Made by a program: the position numbers and the translations under genes
Part shown: piece by piece, positions 20,458-30,112 of the stretch
Numbering within the stretch: position 1 is the first letter of the stretch
How the letters are laid out: every line of letters starts with the position of its first letter
NCBI GenBank assembly: GCA_016188545.1
Contig: JACPHO010000001.1
Location: 14,249-78,248 of the forward strand
Reading direction: 5' to 3'
From: Candidatus Shapirobacteria bacterium
GTDB taxonomy: Bacteria; Patescibacteriota; Microgenomatia; UBA12405
DNA length: 64,000 nt
Notes under the pieces: model-generated
The model's database searches: none
The model's input: the letters and a program-made list of their open reading frames with translations, nothing else
What the model was told of the DNA's origin: nothing

Positions 20458-21411
20458 ATGCGTGCAGTGCGAATCCTCTTACCATTGTTGTTTATAGCTA
20501 CCAGTATTGCTTTCTTTTCTAATATCTACACCACCACCCAACAACTCGTCATTAGCCCTTCCTCAGACACGACTCTTGACTCACCAACCATTTCTCCCTC
20601 CACAACCCCCACTCCTGTACCTGCGCTAACTATAGGGCTTGCTGGCGATCTTGGACTTGGACGACATATTACTTCAACTGCTCGTTCCAAAAACGATTTC
20701 ACCTGGAGTTTTAAAGAAATCAGCCCCTGGCTCATGGAAAATACTTTTAATCTTGCCAATCTCGAATCACCCATCATTCCCCTCTGTCCAGAAGGTAAGA
20801 CGGGGACATTTACTTTTTGTGGAGATGAAAGATTTATTCCAGAACTAGCCAAAAATAAGTTTTTTCTCAACTTAAATAATAACCATATTCTCAACTATCA
20901 CCCCCAAGGACTTATAGATACCAAAAACCTTTTAACTAGAGCGTCTATCCCATATTTTTTTGATGATCTACTTATAAAAGAAGTCAACGGAGTCCGTCTT
21001 GGATTTCTCGGGTATGATTTCATAACCTACCCCTCCCTTGATAAACAAAAAATAATCGATACGATTAAAACTTCAAAACCAAAAGTTGACTATCTATTTA
21101 TTTCCATTCATTGGGGAAATGAGTATCTCCCCGTAGCCGAGAAGTGGCGTGTCGATTTTGCTCGCCAAATGGTTGACGCTGGAGCAGACATTATTCATGG
21201 CCACCACCCCCATGTTTGGCAGGGTGTCGAAAAATATAAAGATAGTCTAATTTTTTATTCATTCGGTAACTTCGTTTTTGACCAAAGTTGGTCCTATGAA
21301 ACTTCCCACTCCCAAATTGCCCGACTTAAGATCCAAAAAGGGGAGCCACTAACTTATGAACTTTTTCCGATAGAAATTCGGTCTAACTCTCAACCTGTAT
21401 TAATGCCTTAA
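20458..21411 (+). CDS. CapA / poly-gamma-glutamate synthesis metallophosphatase-family protein
   Basis: AGD, NLESP, NNHILNY, IHWGNE, GHHPHV, YSFGNF. Confidence 0.92.
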   Translation: MRAVRILLPLLFIATSIAFFSNIYTTTQQLVISPSSDTTLDSPTISPSTTPTPVPALTIGLAGDLGLGRHITSTARSKNDFTWSFKEISPWLMENTFNLANLESPIIPLCPEGKTGTFTFCGDERFIPELAKNKFFLNLNNNHILNYHPQGLIDTKNLLTRASIPYFFDDLLIKEVNGVRLGFLGYDFITYPSLDKQKIIDTIKTSKPKVDYLFISIHWGNEYLPVAEKWRVDFARQMVDAGADIIHGHHPHVWQGVEKYKDSLIFYSFGNFVFDQSWSYETSHSQIARLKIQKGEPLTYELFPIEIRSNSQPVLMP

Positions 21412-21958
21412 GTACTTCTTCTGGTGTTTCTACTGTTGCCACCACCCTTTTTTCTTTTTCTTCAAAATGCATTTTGCCGATAATATCTTTAACGATTATT
21501 TCCCATTCTCTTCCAACAAATATCAGTGGTTCGTGATGGCCATATTCAAACTTTGCCAGTTCCCAAACTAACCCAACTTCGGCCAGTGTTCCCGTGCCAC
21601 CTTTAAAAATAACAAAGGAATCAGCTATCTCCACCAATTTGCTAACTCTCTCGTGAATATTCTTAGTTTTATAAATTTTTTCTGCATAATCCATGTTTCC
21701 CTTGTCACTACCCTCATAATTTCCTGGTTCAAACTTTGGGTCGATTATTACTAGTTCAACTTTCCCCCCACCCATCTCGGCTCCATCCGTCGATGCCTTC
21801 ATGATTCCTGGTCCACCACCGTTAACCACTATATATCCATTTTCTGCCAATAGCTTGGCTGTACTTTTCGCCAATACACAAGAGGTGTCATTTTCCGGTA
21901 AGTCAGCATCGCCAAAAAATGCCACCCGTTTTATTTTTTTGTCAGTTTTAGCGATCAT
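21383..21958 (-). CDS. LOG / Rossmann nucleotide-binding family protein
   Basis: NGGGPGIM, GGTGTLAE. Confidence 0.88.
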   Translation of the reverse strand: MIAKTDKKIKRVAFFGDADLPENDTSCVLAKSTAKLLAENGYIVVNGGGPGIMKASTDGAEMGGGKVELVIIDPKFEPGNYEGSDKGNMDYAEKIYKTKNIHERVSKLVEIADSFVIFKGGTGTLAEVGLVWELAKFEYGHHEPLIFVGREWEIIVKDIIGKMHFEEKEKRVVATVETPEEVLKALIQVES

Positions 21959-22395
21959 TTGTTTATAAAACTTTTTAATTTTTGGTCAAAAGTTACACTG
22001 TGATAGGCCTCTGGTAACAGCTCGTGTAGTAACTTACTCTGATATTCTCCACTTTGTTTGGCAGATATTACCTCGATTTCTTTATTTGTAGTCTGATAAA
22101 ACTGGACCAGGTACTGAAGACAAGTCCCACAAGGAAATATAAATTCTTTCTCGTCCACAACTAATATTGCTTTTATGTTGTATTTTCCATGAACTACCGC
22201 ATGATTTAGAGCGCTCGACTCTGCACATGTACCCATTCCCGATATCACCCCATCAACATTACACCCCCCATATATTTCTCCATCATCTGTTAAAACCGCA
22301 GCCCCAAACGAATGATTGGATTTAAAAATAAAAGCATTATCTTCCGCCTCGTTGGCGACTTTCAACATTTTTTCAATTATTTCTTTATCAAGCAT
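21955..22395 (-). CDS. cdd: Cytidine deaminase
   Basis: GAAV..DG.IYGGCN, CAE, PCGTC. Confidence 0.88.
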   Translation of the reverse strand: MLDKEIIEKMLKVANEAEDNAFIFKSNHSFGAAVLTDDGEIYGGCNVDGVISGMGTCAESSALNHAVVHGKYNIKAILVVDEKEFIFPCGTCLQYLVQFYQTTNKEIEVISAKQSGEYQSKLLHELLPEAYHSVTFDQKLKSFINK

Positions 22396-22978
22396 TTCTG
22401 AGCTTCCAATAATTAACTTCAGAATACACAATATCTGCTCCGGCTTCCTCAATCGCTTTCACATTATCAGTATCAGCCCCGCCATCTATTCCCACAATAT
22501 ATCCCATGTCCTTAATTTTTTTGATTTTATCAAGTACTTTTTTCTCAAACTCAAAATAACCAAAACCTGCCTTTCTGCCCATCAGTAGCACTATATCCCA
22601 ATCTCCTACAATTTTATCAACCTCCGTGTCCACATCAAAAGCTAGACCAGCCTCAGCTCCCTCATTCTTTATCTTTTCCAAAAAATCTTCTCGACTACTC
22701 ATCATTTCAACTTGTCCAATAACTCTACTTGCCCCTATATGGATTGCTTTATTTACCCAAGTACTAGGTTCTTTAACCATCAGATGGACATCCCACAAAT
22801 TGTTAGGGGTCTCAAAGTCTAGTTTACCCATAAGGTCCAAATCAAAGGTTCTTCCTGTCGCAAAAACACCATCACAAACATCAACCTGAATCCACCTTGA
22901 AGCATCTTTTAGTTTTTTGATAGCTTCTTCAGCATCATAGAAGTCCTTTTTTAATCCAGCAGTCGGAATTATTTGCAT
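22388..22978 (-). CDS. rpe: Ribulose-phosphate 3-epimerase
   Basis: QVDVCDG, DVHLMV, IDGG. Confidence 0.88.
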   Translation of the reverse strand: MQIIPTAGLKKDFYDAEEAIKKLKDASRWIQVDVCDGVFATGRTFDLDLMGKLDFETPNNLWDVHLMVKEPSTWVNKAIHIGASRVIGQVEMMSSREDFLEKIKNEGAEAGLAFDVDTEVDKIVGDWDIVLLMGRKAGFGYFEFEKKVLDKIKKIKDMGYIVGIDGGADTDNVKAIEEAGADIVYSEVNYWKLRNA

Positions 22979-24003
22979 ATATACATTGCCATTTCAATTA
23001 GACGGCAGGAATAGCCGTATTCGTTATCGTACCATGCTCCAATACAAACCATATCATCAGCCACTACATTAGTCATACGGGTATCAATCACACAAGATGC
23101 GTTGTTACCAATGATATCGGAAGATACTAACGGCTCATAAGTTACCTTGACCTTCCCCACCATTTCTGGACTGACACTGGCATCTTCAAAAATGGAGTTA
23201 ACTTCTTCGATAGTTGTCTTGCGAACCATTTTAAAAGTCAGGTCTGAGTAGCTTCCACAAATGACTGGCACCCGTATAGCTGTTCCAGCAAATCTACCCT
23301 TAGCTTCCGGGTAGGCGGCAATTACTGCCTCAGCTGCTCCAGTGGCAGTTGGCACTATGTTAATAGCTGCTGCACGTGCTCGGCGAGGATCTTTCCCGCT
23401 TCCATCAACAATATTTTGATTAGTTGTATACGCATGAATGGTGGTTAGTGATCCTTCTTGAAACCCAATTTTCTCATCAATCAGTTTGACGATCGGTGCC
23501 ACACAGTTTGTTGTACAAGAACCATTTGACACTAATTTTTCACCTTTATATCTATTTTCATTAACTCCCAGAATGAACACTGGAATTTTTGGGTCCTTGG
23601 CAGGGGCTGAGATCACCACTTTCTTAGCACCTCCGTTTAAGTGTAAAAGTGCCTTACTGTCAGTAAAAGCTCCAGTGCATTCTAATACCACCCCAACTCC
23701 ATAGTCGCCCCATTTTATTTTCCCAGGGTCACTTTCACCCAGTAGGGGAATGACAACATCACCAACTACCAGTCGGCCTATCTCTCCGCCTTTTTGTGGA
23801 TCAGATGTCTCCACTTTCATGGGAACTCTTCCGTATACTGAGTCATATTTAAACTGGTTGGCGTAGGACTCAGCGCTTAGGTCACCTTTAGTATTAATGG
23901 CAGCCACTTCAACATCGTATTTTTCCATTAGTATTGCCCTTAGTACTACTGTGCCAATTCTTCCAAAACCGTTTATACCTACTTTCAATTTTTTATTCTG
24001 CAT
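22969..24003 (-). CDS. gap: Type I glyceraldehyde-3-phosphate dehydrogenase
   Basis: INGFGRIG, SCTTNC, WYDNEYGYS. Confidence 0.97.
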   Translation of the reverse strand: MQNKKLKVGINGFGRIGTVVLRAILMEKYDVEVAAINTKGDLSAESYANQFKYDSVYGRVPMKVETSDPQKGGEIGRLVVGDVVIPLLGESDPGKIKWGDYGVGVVLECTGAFTDSKALLHLNGGAKKVVISAPAKDPKIPVFILGVNENRYKGEKLVSNGSCTTNCVAPIVKLIDEKIGFQEGSLTTIHAYTTNQNIVDGSGKDPRRARAAAINIVPTATGAAEAVIAAYPEAKGRFAGTAIRVPVICGSYSDLTFKMVRKTTIEEVNSIFEDASVSPEMVGKVKVTYEPLVSSDIIGNNASCVIDTRMTNVVADDMVCIGAWYDNEYGYSCRLIEMAMYICK

Positions 24004-25042
24004 AACTTAATGATATAGCATTTACCACTCGCTTCGCTACTCTTGGCTTCTGTAGTTCGTGATCTGGCACCGCTCTGGCTCTTTCCACCACTTTGTCAAG
24101 CCTAATCGGCATAAAAAATACCACGGCTCCAACCAGATCCTCACCTTCATCATTTCTCCTCATGGACTCAGCAAAATCTCGAAATATTCCCATACTAGCT
24201 CTAAACTTTCTTATCTCATCCACGTTATCATGTGTTCGTTCAAACGATCTTCCGCACTCCGCAAATGAGTTTGCGTCCAGCACATCATACTCTTGTGGAA
24301 AATCATGCCTTCCTTGGCGCACTTTAACTTGATAAAAAGTAGTTTTTCCATTTCCATTATCTGCAATCAAATCAACTTTATTATCCTGGTCATCAGCCTC
24401 ACTTCCAAATCGGACATTTTCCATTCCCATATCTTTCAGTAACCAAAAGGCAGCCATCTCTGCTTCGATTCCGTTGATGTATCGTAATCGTTTTCGCTCT
24501 CCCAGAAGCCTAAGAATCTTAGGGTTATCAAATACAGAATCAAACATTTTATACGATTGAACTTTGTCATATCCCAGCTCCCCAACGCATATTTCCATCA
24601 AATCTTTCCATGCTTTTCCAAAAGCCATTCCTTCATGCTTCTCTTCCTTAATGTTATGGTTTCTACTTAGTGACTCTATAAGACTATTAGTGGTGGCACA
24701 GCCATTAGCTACCAAAAAAACCAACTTCCTTTGGTCTTCACTAGTTGAATCAAACCCTCTCTGATCTACTTCATTCTTAGCCCAGACCCATTCCAAACTA
24801 TCATGTGACATATCACTTTCCAATATTTGAACTGCTTTCACAATTCTATTCGGTCTAGGTAAGTTTTCGAAACGAGCCTGAACCTTATGATCGGCTTGTC
24901 TGATAGAGGATTCTCTGATTTTTGGTCCTGGATCATCCATACACCACTCAACCAGTCGTTTACTCGAGTCAATTTGTTTTTCCCTACCATCCAATGGAGC
25001 TGCTAACCACTCAAATGTCGGAAGTGATCTTGCTCTTCCCAT
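23993..25042 (-). CDS. Hypothetical protein with PD-(D/E)xK-like nuclease motif
   Basis: GIEAE...DDQDNKVDLI...FYQVK. Confidence 0.6.
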   Translation of the reverse strand: MGRARSLPTFEWLAAPLDGREKQIDSSKRLVEWCMDDPGPKIRESSIRQADHKVQARFENLPRPNRIVKAVQILESDMSHDSLEWVWAKNEVDQRGFDSTSEDQRKLVFLVANGCATTNSLIESLSRNHNIKEEKHEGMAFGKAWKDLMEICVGELGYDKVQSYKMFDSVFDNPKILRLLGERKRLRYINGIEAEMAAFWLLKDMGMENVRFGSEADDQDNKVDLIADNGNGKTTFYQVKVRQGRHDFPQEYDVLDANSFAECGRSFERTHDNVDEIRKFRASMGIFRDFAESMRRNDEGEDLVGAVVFFMPIRLDKVVERARAVPDHELQKPRVAKRVVNAISLSYAE

Positions 25043-25043
25043 G

Positions 25044-26075
25044 TTATTCCCATGCTGGCAGACTGCCCTTCGTCAGTAGTTCTAACATCATCCCTCCACC
25101 AGAAGCGATTAAGTCAATTTGTTCTTTCATCCCCAAACTTTCTACAGATGCTGTCGTATCCCCACCAGCCAGTACTTTATACCCTGGACTACTGGCCACA
25201 GCCATGGCTATTTCTTTTGTTCCTTCTTTACAGTCATCCTTTTCAAACCACCCCATGGCTCCCGCCCAGACAACCATTTTTGACTGGCCGATAATTTCTT
25301 TAAATTGAGCTATGTCTTCTTTACTTAGATCAAATCCATCTTCTCGTAATTTTGCAACTTTTATTTTTTCACTTTTAACTATTAACTCTTCACTATTATT
25401 AATTAATAGTGGCAATTTCCCCCCAATTAACACATGATCGGCAATTTTTAGAAGTTCCGGCAAATGACTTAATTTATCTGCTTTTGCTCCACCCAATACG
25501 ATAGTCAATGGGTGACTAGGATCATCAACTACTTTTAATATTTTTTCTACTTCGGAAATAAACGCCAATCCATAAAATCCTGGCAAACTTTTATAAAGCA
25601 TATTAGATCTTTCCTTTCGGTGGGACACCGCCAGAGCATCATTTACAAAAAATTGGCAGATTTCCACAAGATTTTTTAAAAAGTCACTATCATTTGCCTC
25701 TTCACCTTTCCAGAATCTCAGGTTCTCCAAAAATACTATTTGATTTGTTGCCATCGCCATATCCAGCTTTTCAAAGTTACCCACATCCTCCACAAAAATA
25801 CTCTCTATCAAATTTTCACCGTTTGGTTCGAGTAAGCTCATTAGTTCCACATACACCGGTCTCATTGAATATTTTGGGTCATGCCCTTCAGGACGACCAA
25901 GCTTACCCACTATAGAGACCTGACATTTTTTGGCGAGCAGTAGTTTTATAGTAGGAATCGATTTTACTAGTCGGTAGTTATCGCTGATATCCCCATCATT
26001 CATTGGCACGTCTAAGTCTAGTTTTAGAATTACTTTTGTCTCTGGTAATATTTCCTCAACCGATCTCAGCTTCAT
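25044..26075 (-). CDS. pgk: Phosphoglycerate kinase
   Basis: DLDVP, LGRP, LENLRF, LGGAK, GGDT, SGGG. Confidence 0.95.
   Translation of the reverse strand: MKLRSVEEILPETKVILKLDLDVPMNDGDISDNYRLVKSIPTIKLLLAKKCQVSIVGKLGRPEGHDPKYSMRPVYVELMSLLEPNGENLIESIFVEDVGNFEKLDMAMATNQIVFLENLRFWKGEEANDSDFLKNLVEICQFFVNDALAVSHRKERSNMLYKSLPGFYGLAFISEVEKILKVVDDPSHPLTIVLGGAKADKLSHLPELLKIADHVLIGGKLPLLINNSEELIVKSEKIKVAKLREDGFDLSKEDIAQFKEIIGQSKMVVWAGAMGWFEKDDCKEGTKEIAMAVASSPGYKVLAGGDTTASVESLGMKEQIDLIASGGGMMLELLTKGSLPAWE
25367..25408 (+). repeat. Heptamer array inside pgk
   Basis: TTTCACT TTTAACT ATTAACT CTTCACT ATTATTA ATTAATA; encodes LLINNSEELIVKSE. Confidence 0.6.
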
Positions 26076-26502
26076 ATTTTTTTATTTTATTAATTCTTCT
26101 AATATACCTCTCTTCTGAGCCAAACATTGTTGCCAGAAAAACTGACACTATCTTCATGTTCTCATCCACACTGACGGCATCAGCTGATAGGCAAACAACA
26201 TTGATATCGTCGTCGTTTCGGGCAGCTCTGGCTTGTTTTTCAAAAGTACAAAGCCCAGCTCTAATCCCTTTTACTTTATTGACGGCAATTGATGCTCCGG
26301 CGCCTGATCCACAAACCAGTATTCCTCTACCATTTTCGACCGCCACCTTTTCACCAATTTTTATAGCAAAGTCGGCATAGTCGTCTTCCTTTTCGTACGA
26401 ATTTGCCCCCAGATCTCTAAATTCATAGTGCTCTGACTCCATCCATTTTTTTATCTCCTCTTTGAGCCTAAATCCGCGGTGATCAGCAGCAATATATATC
26501 AT
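26056..26502 (-). CDS. rpiB: Ribose-5-phosphate isomerase B
   Basis: ADHRG, DYAD, CGSGAG, NKVKGIRA. Confidence 0.93.
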   Translation of the reverse strand: MIYIAADHRGFRLKEEIKKWMESEHYEFRDLGANSYEKEDDYADFAIKIGEKVAVENGRGILVCGSGAGASIAVNKVKGIRAGLCTFEKQARAARNDDDINVVCLSADAVSVDENMKIVSVFLATMFGSEERYIRRINKIKKYEAEIG

Positions 26503-26522
26503 CTACTATAATATTACCACCG

Positions 26523-27215
26523 ATGTCTACTATCACTCTCTTAGGTCATGACTATTCGTATACGATAACCCGTAAGCTAATCAGAAGCCTATCTATCCGA
26601 ATTCACTCACGTCGTACTTTTTCGGTTTCCGCTCCACACTTAACCCCAGCTTTTTATATAGAACGCTTTATAAACGAACACTCGGCATGGATAGTCAAAA
26701 ATTCTAGTAAAATTACTAAGAAAAAAACACTAAAAAGTCTAAAAACATTAAAAATAGTCGATAAAGAGTACAAAATATTGATAACAAAATCAAAAATGGA
26801 TTCCGTTGTAATTTTCAAAGAAGAACAAAAAATTTATGCAAATTCTACAGCATTGACCAATATTCATTTAAAAAAACTTTTTGACACCCGTTTTCGCCCC
26901 TTTGCACTATCAATTATCAGTGAAGAATTAAAAAAACTGTCCCAAGAATTTGGTTTTAGTTACAGCAGAGTCTCTGTCAAAAACACCACCTCTCGTTTTG
27001 GTTCCTGCTCCAGTCGAAATAATCTAAACTTTAACTGGCAAATTATTTTTCTACCGTATCCTATTTTTCGTCACATTCTACTTCATGAGTTAAGCCACAC
27101 TGTCCATCACAACCATTCCAATAAGTTTTGGTCCCACCTAGCTGCTTGCGATCCTGATTGGAGAGTCAACCGACGCTATCTAAAAGCCCATGCCAGCTCT
27201 CATTTTATTATCTAA
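26523..27215 (+). CDS. YgjP/DUF45-family metal-dependent hydrolase
   Basis: SRFGSCS, HELSH...NHS..FW. Confidence 0.9.
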   Translation: MSTITLLGHDYSYTITRKLIRSLSIRIHSRRTFSVSAPHLTPAFYIERFINEHSAWIVKNSSKITKKKTLKSLKTLKIVDKEYKILITKSKMDSVVIFKEEQKIYANSTALTNIHLKKLFDTRFRPFALSIISEELKKLSQEFGFSYSRVSVKNTTSRFGSCSSRNNLNFNWQIIFLPYPIFRHILLHELSHTVHHNHSNKFWSHLAACDPDWRVNRRYLKAHASSHFII

Positions 27216-27245
27216 ATTATCTAATATTTTTTGTATAATACACAC

Positions 27246-28319
27246 ATGGACCCGTCAAAATCTCTTGTTTTCTACATCATAAGGGAAAAAAGTGAAGATG
27301 CTGCAAAAGACTTTCCCAACCTTATTTATGACATTCGTAACGCTTATGTCTTTGTCGATGTCATCGAAAGTTCCCCTCGCTCAGTCACCCTATCCGGTGA
27401 TGCGTCCTACAAATCAGAACTCGAGTATCTTACTACCGACAAACCCGAAAAATTTTCTAATTATTCCTTTTGCGCAAAACTAACAATTACCCAAGAAGAT
27501 TATTTAACCTTCAACAAGCTCCGCCAGTTCCTATCCCACCACCGCTACGAATATCGTATCTATAGCAATCAGCTCCATTCTTATCTTCCTAAGGACAGCG
27601 AACTTATCAATCTAGAATTTGGTTCAGTCAATCTTAAAACTTTTGAAGCTCTCAAAAAATTCTCTCTCATCCCCATCTATTTCTCCCAAAAGAATCGTAA
27701 CTATTACGCTATCAATTTGACCGATAAAAAAGTTCACCTAGTCAACCCCCATCTTCTCGCATTTATTTTTGACAAAACAATTCCCGAATCCACCATGCCC
27801 GAACTGAGTTATCCAGTTGCTCAAGATCTAAACCTTTTTTCAGCAATGTACGACAAACAACTTATACCCACTGACTTTTATCAATATTTCCAAAAATCTA
27901 CCAAGGTAATCAATAATAGTAACTTTGATATCGACAACCCCGGTCGAAAAGTTTTTATCAAACCATATATTCTAGAATTCAATGACAAAAACGGCGAGTT
28001 CTACACTTACGCCGGACCAGAGGGCGCCTCAATGCTATTAATGTCCAAAATCTTAAGAGGCGAGACTCTAGAAACTTGCTTACTACGTGTACTCAAAGAA
28101 GAACTGGGTATAGCCGAGGATTTTGTCGGCGCTTTTGTGTCACATGATATTGAGTTTGACCGTGATCGGGAAGGGAGACTCACTCCACGTCTAGTTGTCT
28201 TTGTTTATGTTGATAAAATCATCAACAAGGATAGGGCTCTTCAAATGAGTCAAACTGGTTGGCGCTCAGTCGATGGAAAGATCCCAAATTTGACCACACA
28301 AAATAAATCAAAAAGTTAG
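27246..28319 (+). CDS. Hypothetical protein with degenerate C-terminal Nudix fold
   Basis: GETLETCLLRVLKEELG. Confidence 0.7.
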   Translation: MDPSKSLVFYIIREKSEDAAKDFPNLIYDIRNAYVFVDVIESSPRSVTLSGDASYKSELEYLTTDKPEKFSNYSFCAKLTITQEDYLTFNKLRQFLSHHRYEYRIYSNQLHSYLPKDSELINLEFGSVNLKTFEALKKFSLIPIYFSQKNRNYYAINLTDKKVHLVNPHLLAFIFDKTIPESTMPELSYPVAQDLNLFSAMYDKQLIPTDFYQYFQKSTKVINNSNFDIDNPGRKVFIKPYILEFNDKNGEFYTYAGPEGASMLLMSKILRGETLETCLLRVLKEELGIAEDFVGAFVSHDIEFDRDREGRLTPRLVVFVYVDKIINKDRALQMSQTGWRSVDGKIPNLTTQNKSKS

Positions 28320-28754
28320 CTGGCTAATCTTTTCACAAAACTCAACTGAGTATTTATCACCAAATGCCTTTGAGGCATCAAGAGGTGACATCCATTCAAA
28401 ACTATCGTGTTCATAGTTTAACTTAATTTCTCCATCTGCCACTTCGGTCTTATAGATAGCCAGTATTAATCCCACGTCTCCGGCGATTTCGTTTTTCAAT
28501 CTAATCTGGGAAAATACTGTTGCAAAATAAGATGAATTTACAACTGTATAACCAGTTTCTTCCATCACTTCCTTGGCCAATGTTGATCCTATAGTATCAC
28601 CCCTCTCCACTCTGCCCCCTGGGATATCGTATTTCACCCCGCCGGTGTATCCCTTTACATTTTCAATTGCTTTCTGGCTAACTTTTAAAACTAATATTTG
28701 ACCCTTTCCATTACTAATAATTGCTTTGACACCGAGGTTAGATAAGTCTTCCAT
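28308..28754 (-). CDS. Nudix hydrolase
   Basis: PGGRVERGDTIGSTLAKEVMEETG, EH...W. Confidence 0.9.
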   Translation of the reverse strand: MEDLSNLGVKAIISNGKGQILVLKVSQKAIENVKGYTGGVKYDIPGGRVERGDTIGSTLAKEVMEETGYTVVNSSYFATVFSQIRLKNEIAGDVGLILAIYKTEVADGEIKLNYEHDSFEWMSPLDASKAFGDKYSVEFCEKISQLTF

Positions 28755-28760
28755 AGCCGA

Positions 28761-29531
28761 TTATACCTCTATCTCAATCCCTACTGGACAATGATCTGAA
28801 CCCATCACCTCAGTCAATATGAATGCCTCTTTGAGGTTTTTGCTCAGAGCCTTATCGATATAGATATAATCAATTCTCCAGCCTACATTCCTCGTTCGTG
28901 CCTTAGTAATTTGATCCCACCATGAATACATCACCTCATCTGGGTGAAGTAATCGAAATGTATCAACCCAACCTTGATCCTCCCATTGAGTCAGTATTTC
29001 TCTTTCCTCAGCTAGAAATCCTGACACCTTCGAATTTTCCTTTGGTCGAGCTAGGTCGATCTCTTCATGGGCCGTATTTACATCTCCACAAAAGATTACT
29101 TTCTCACCCTTTTTACGTAGTTCATTAACGTAAGCCAAAAAGTATTTATAAAAATCCATCTTATATTTCAGTCTTCCCAAGTCTCGCTTCCCATTTGGAA
29201 AATATACGTTTAGTAAGGTAAATTCGTCAAATTTAGTTATCACCACTCTGCCTTCGTTATCCCAGTCATTGTCCCTGTCTCCAATAATCACCGTCTTTGG
29301 TTCGTCTTTACTAAATGTCGCGACCCCAGAGTATCCGGCTTTTTCGGCTTCATTTAAATTCATATGGTATCCAGCCGGTTCGTCTATCGTGTGGGGGATT
29401 TGGTCTACTTTGGCTTTCATCTCTTGAAAGCAATAGACATCAGCCTTATCTTCCGCCATAAATTGATACACACCCTTTTTTACTGCTGCTCTAAACCCAG
29501 CGACATTCCAAGATATGATTCTAATTTTCAT
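28761..29531 (-). CDS. xth: Exodeoxyribonuclease III / AP endonuclease
   Basis: SWNV, QE.K, GYSGV, GDVNTAH, GWRIDY, GSDHCP. Confidence 0.96.
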   Translation of the reverse strand: MKIRIISWNVAGFRAAVKKGVYQFMAEDKADVYCFQEMKAKVDQIPHTIDEPAGYHMNLNEAEKAGYSGVATFSKDEPKTVIIGDRDNDWDNEGRVVITKFDEFTLLNVYFPNGKRDLGRLKYKMDFYKYFLAYVNELRKKGEKVIFCGDVNTAHEEIDLARPKENSKVSGFLAEEREILTQWEDQGWVDTFRLLHPDEVMYSWWDQITKARTRNVGWRIDYIYIDKALSKNLKEAFILTEVMGSDHCPVGIEIEV

Positions 29532-29536
29532 CACCT

Positions 29537-29544
29537 ATTATAAT
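29537..29544. promoter_or_regulatory. Palindromic bidirectional -10 box (ATTATAAT)
   Basis: TATAAT on both strands, 5 nt from xth ATG 29531 and 6 nt from ATG 29551. Confidence 0.65.
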
Positions 29545-29550
29545 GGAGAT

Positions 29551-29976
29551 ATGGATCATATCGCCATCATGAACAAGAAGCTTGGCTTAATTGACCGAAT
29601 TTTATCGGGAAGGAAAAAAGTTGAAACTCGTTGGTACAAAAATAAAATTGCCCCATATAACCAGATATCTGCAGGAGAGACGGTTTATTTCAAAGATTCT
29701 GGCAGTCTGGTTAGAGCCAAGGCCAGAGTCGCCAAAGTCGTCCAATTCGACAACTTAACCCCCACCAAAACAAAAGAAATAATAAGTAAGTACGGCCAGG
29801 AAATAGACGTTACCGACCCAACAGATCTTTCTTGGACATTGGGTAAAAACTTTGCCATTTTAATTTGGCTAGGCGACGTCAAAGCAGTAAAACCTTTTCA
29901 AATAAACAAAACTGGCTACGGCACCGGTTGTGCCTGGCTTGTCGTCAAGAATGTTGATATAATCAAAGCCGATTAA
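29551..29976 (+). CDS. ASCH/PUA-domain protein
   Basis: ILSGRKKVETR...I.AGETVYF. Confidence 0.85.
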   Translation: MDHIAIMNKKLGLIDRILSGRKKVETRWYKNKIAPYNQISAGETVYFKDSGSLVRAKARVAKVVQFDNLTPTKTKEIISKYGQEIDVTDPTDLSWTLGKNFAILIWLGDVKAVKPFQINKTGYGTGCAWLVVKNVDIIKAD

Positions 29977-29994
29977 AACACTATGTTTTAATTT

Positions 29995-30066
29995 CCAGCA
30001 GGAGCCGGGCGGTTAGGCAATGGTCTGTAAAACCATCATAAGTAGGTTCAACTCCTACCTGCTGGA
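29995..30066 (+). tRNA. tRNA-Tyr(GUA), C1:G72, short variable loop
   Basis: CCAGCAG/CTGCTGG acceptor, ATGGT-CTGTAAA-ACCAT anticodon arm, 5-nt variable loop, GTAGG-TTCAACT-CCTAC, A73. Confidence 0.93.
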
Positions 30067-30112
30067 CAAGACACTGGAGTATACTAATTGGATTAATGAT
30101 TAAACATAATCC

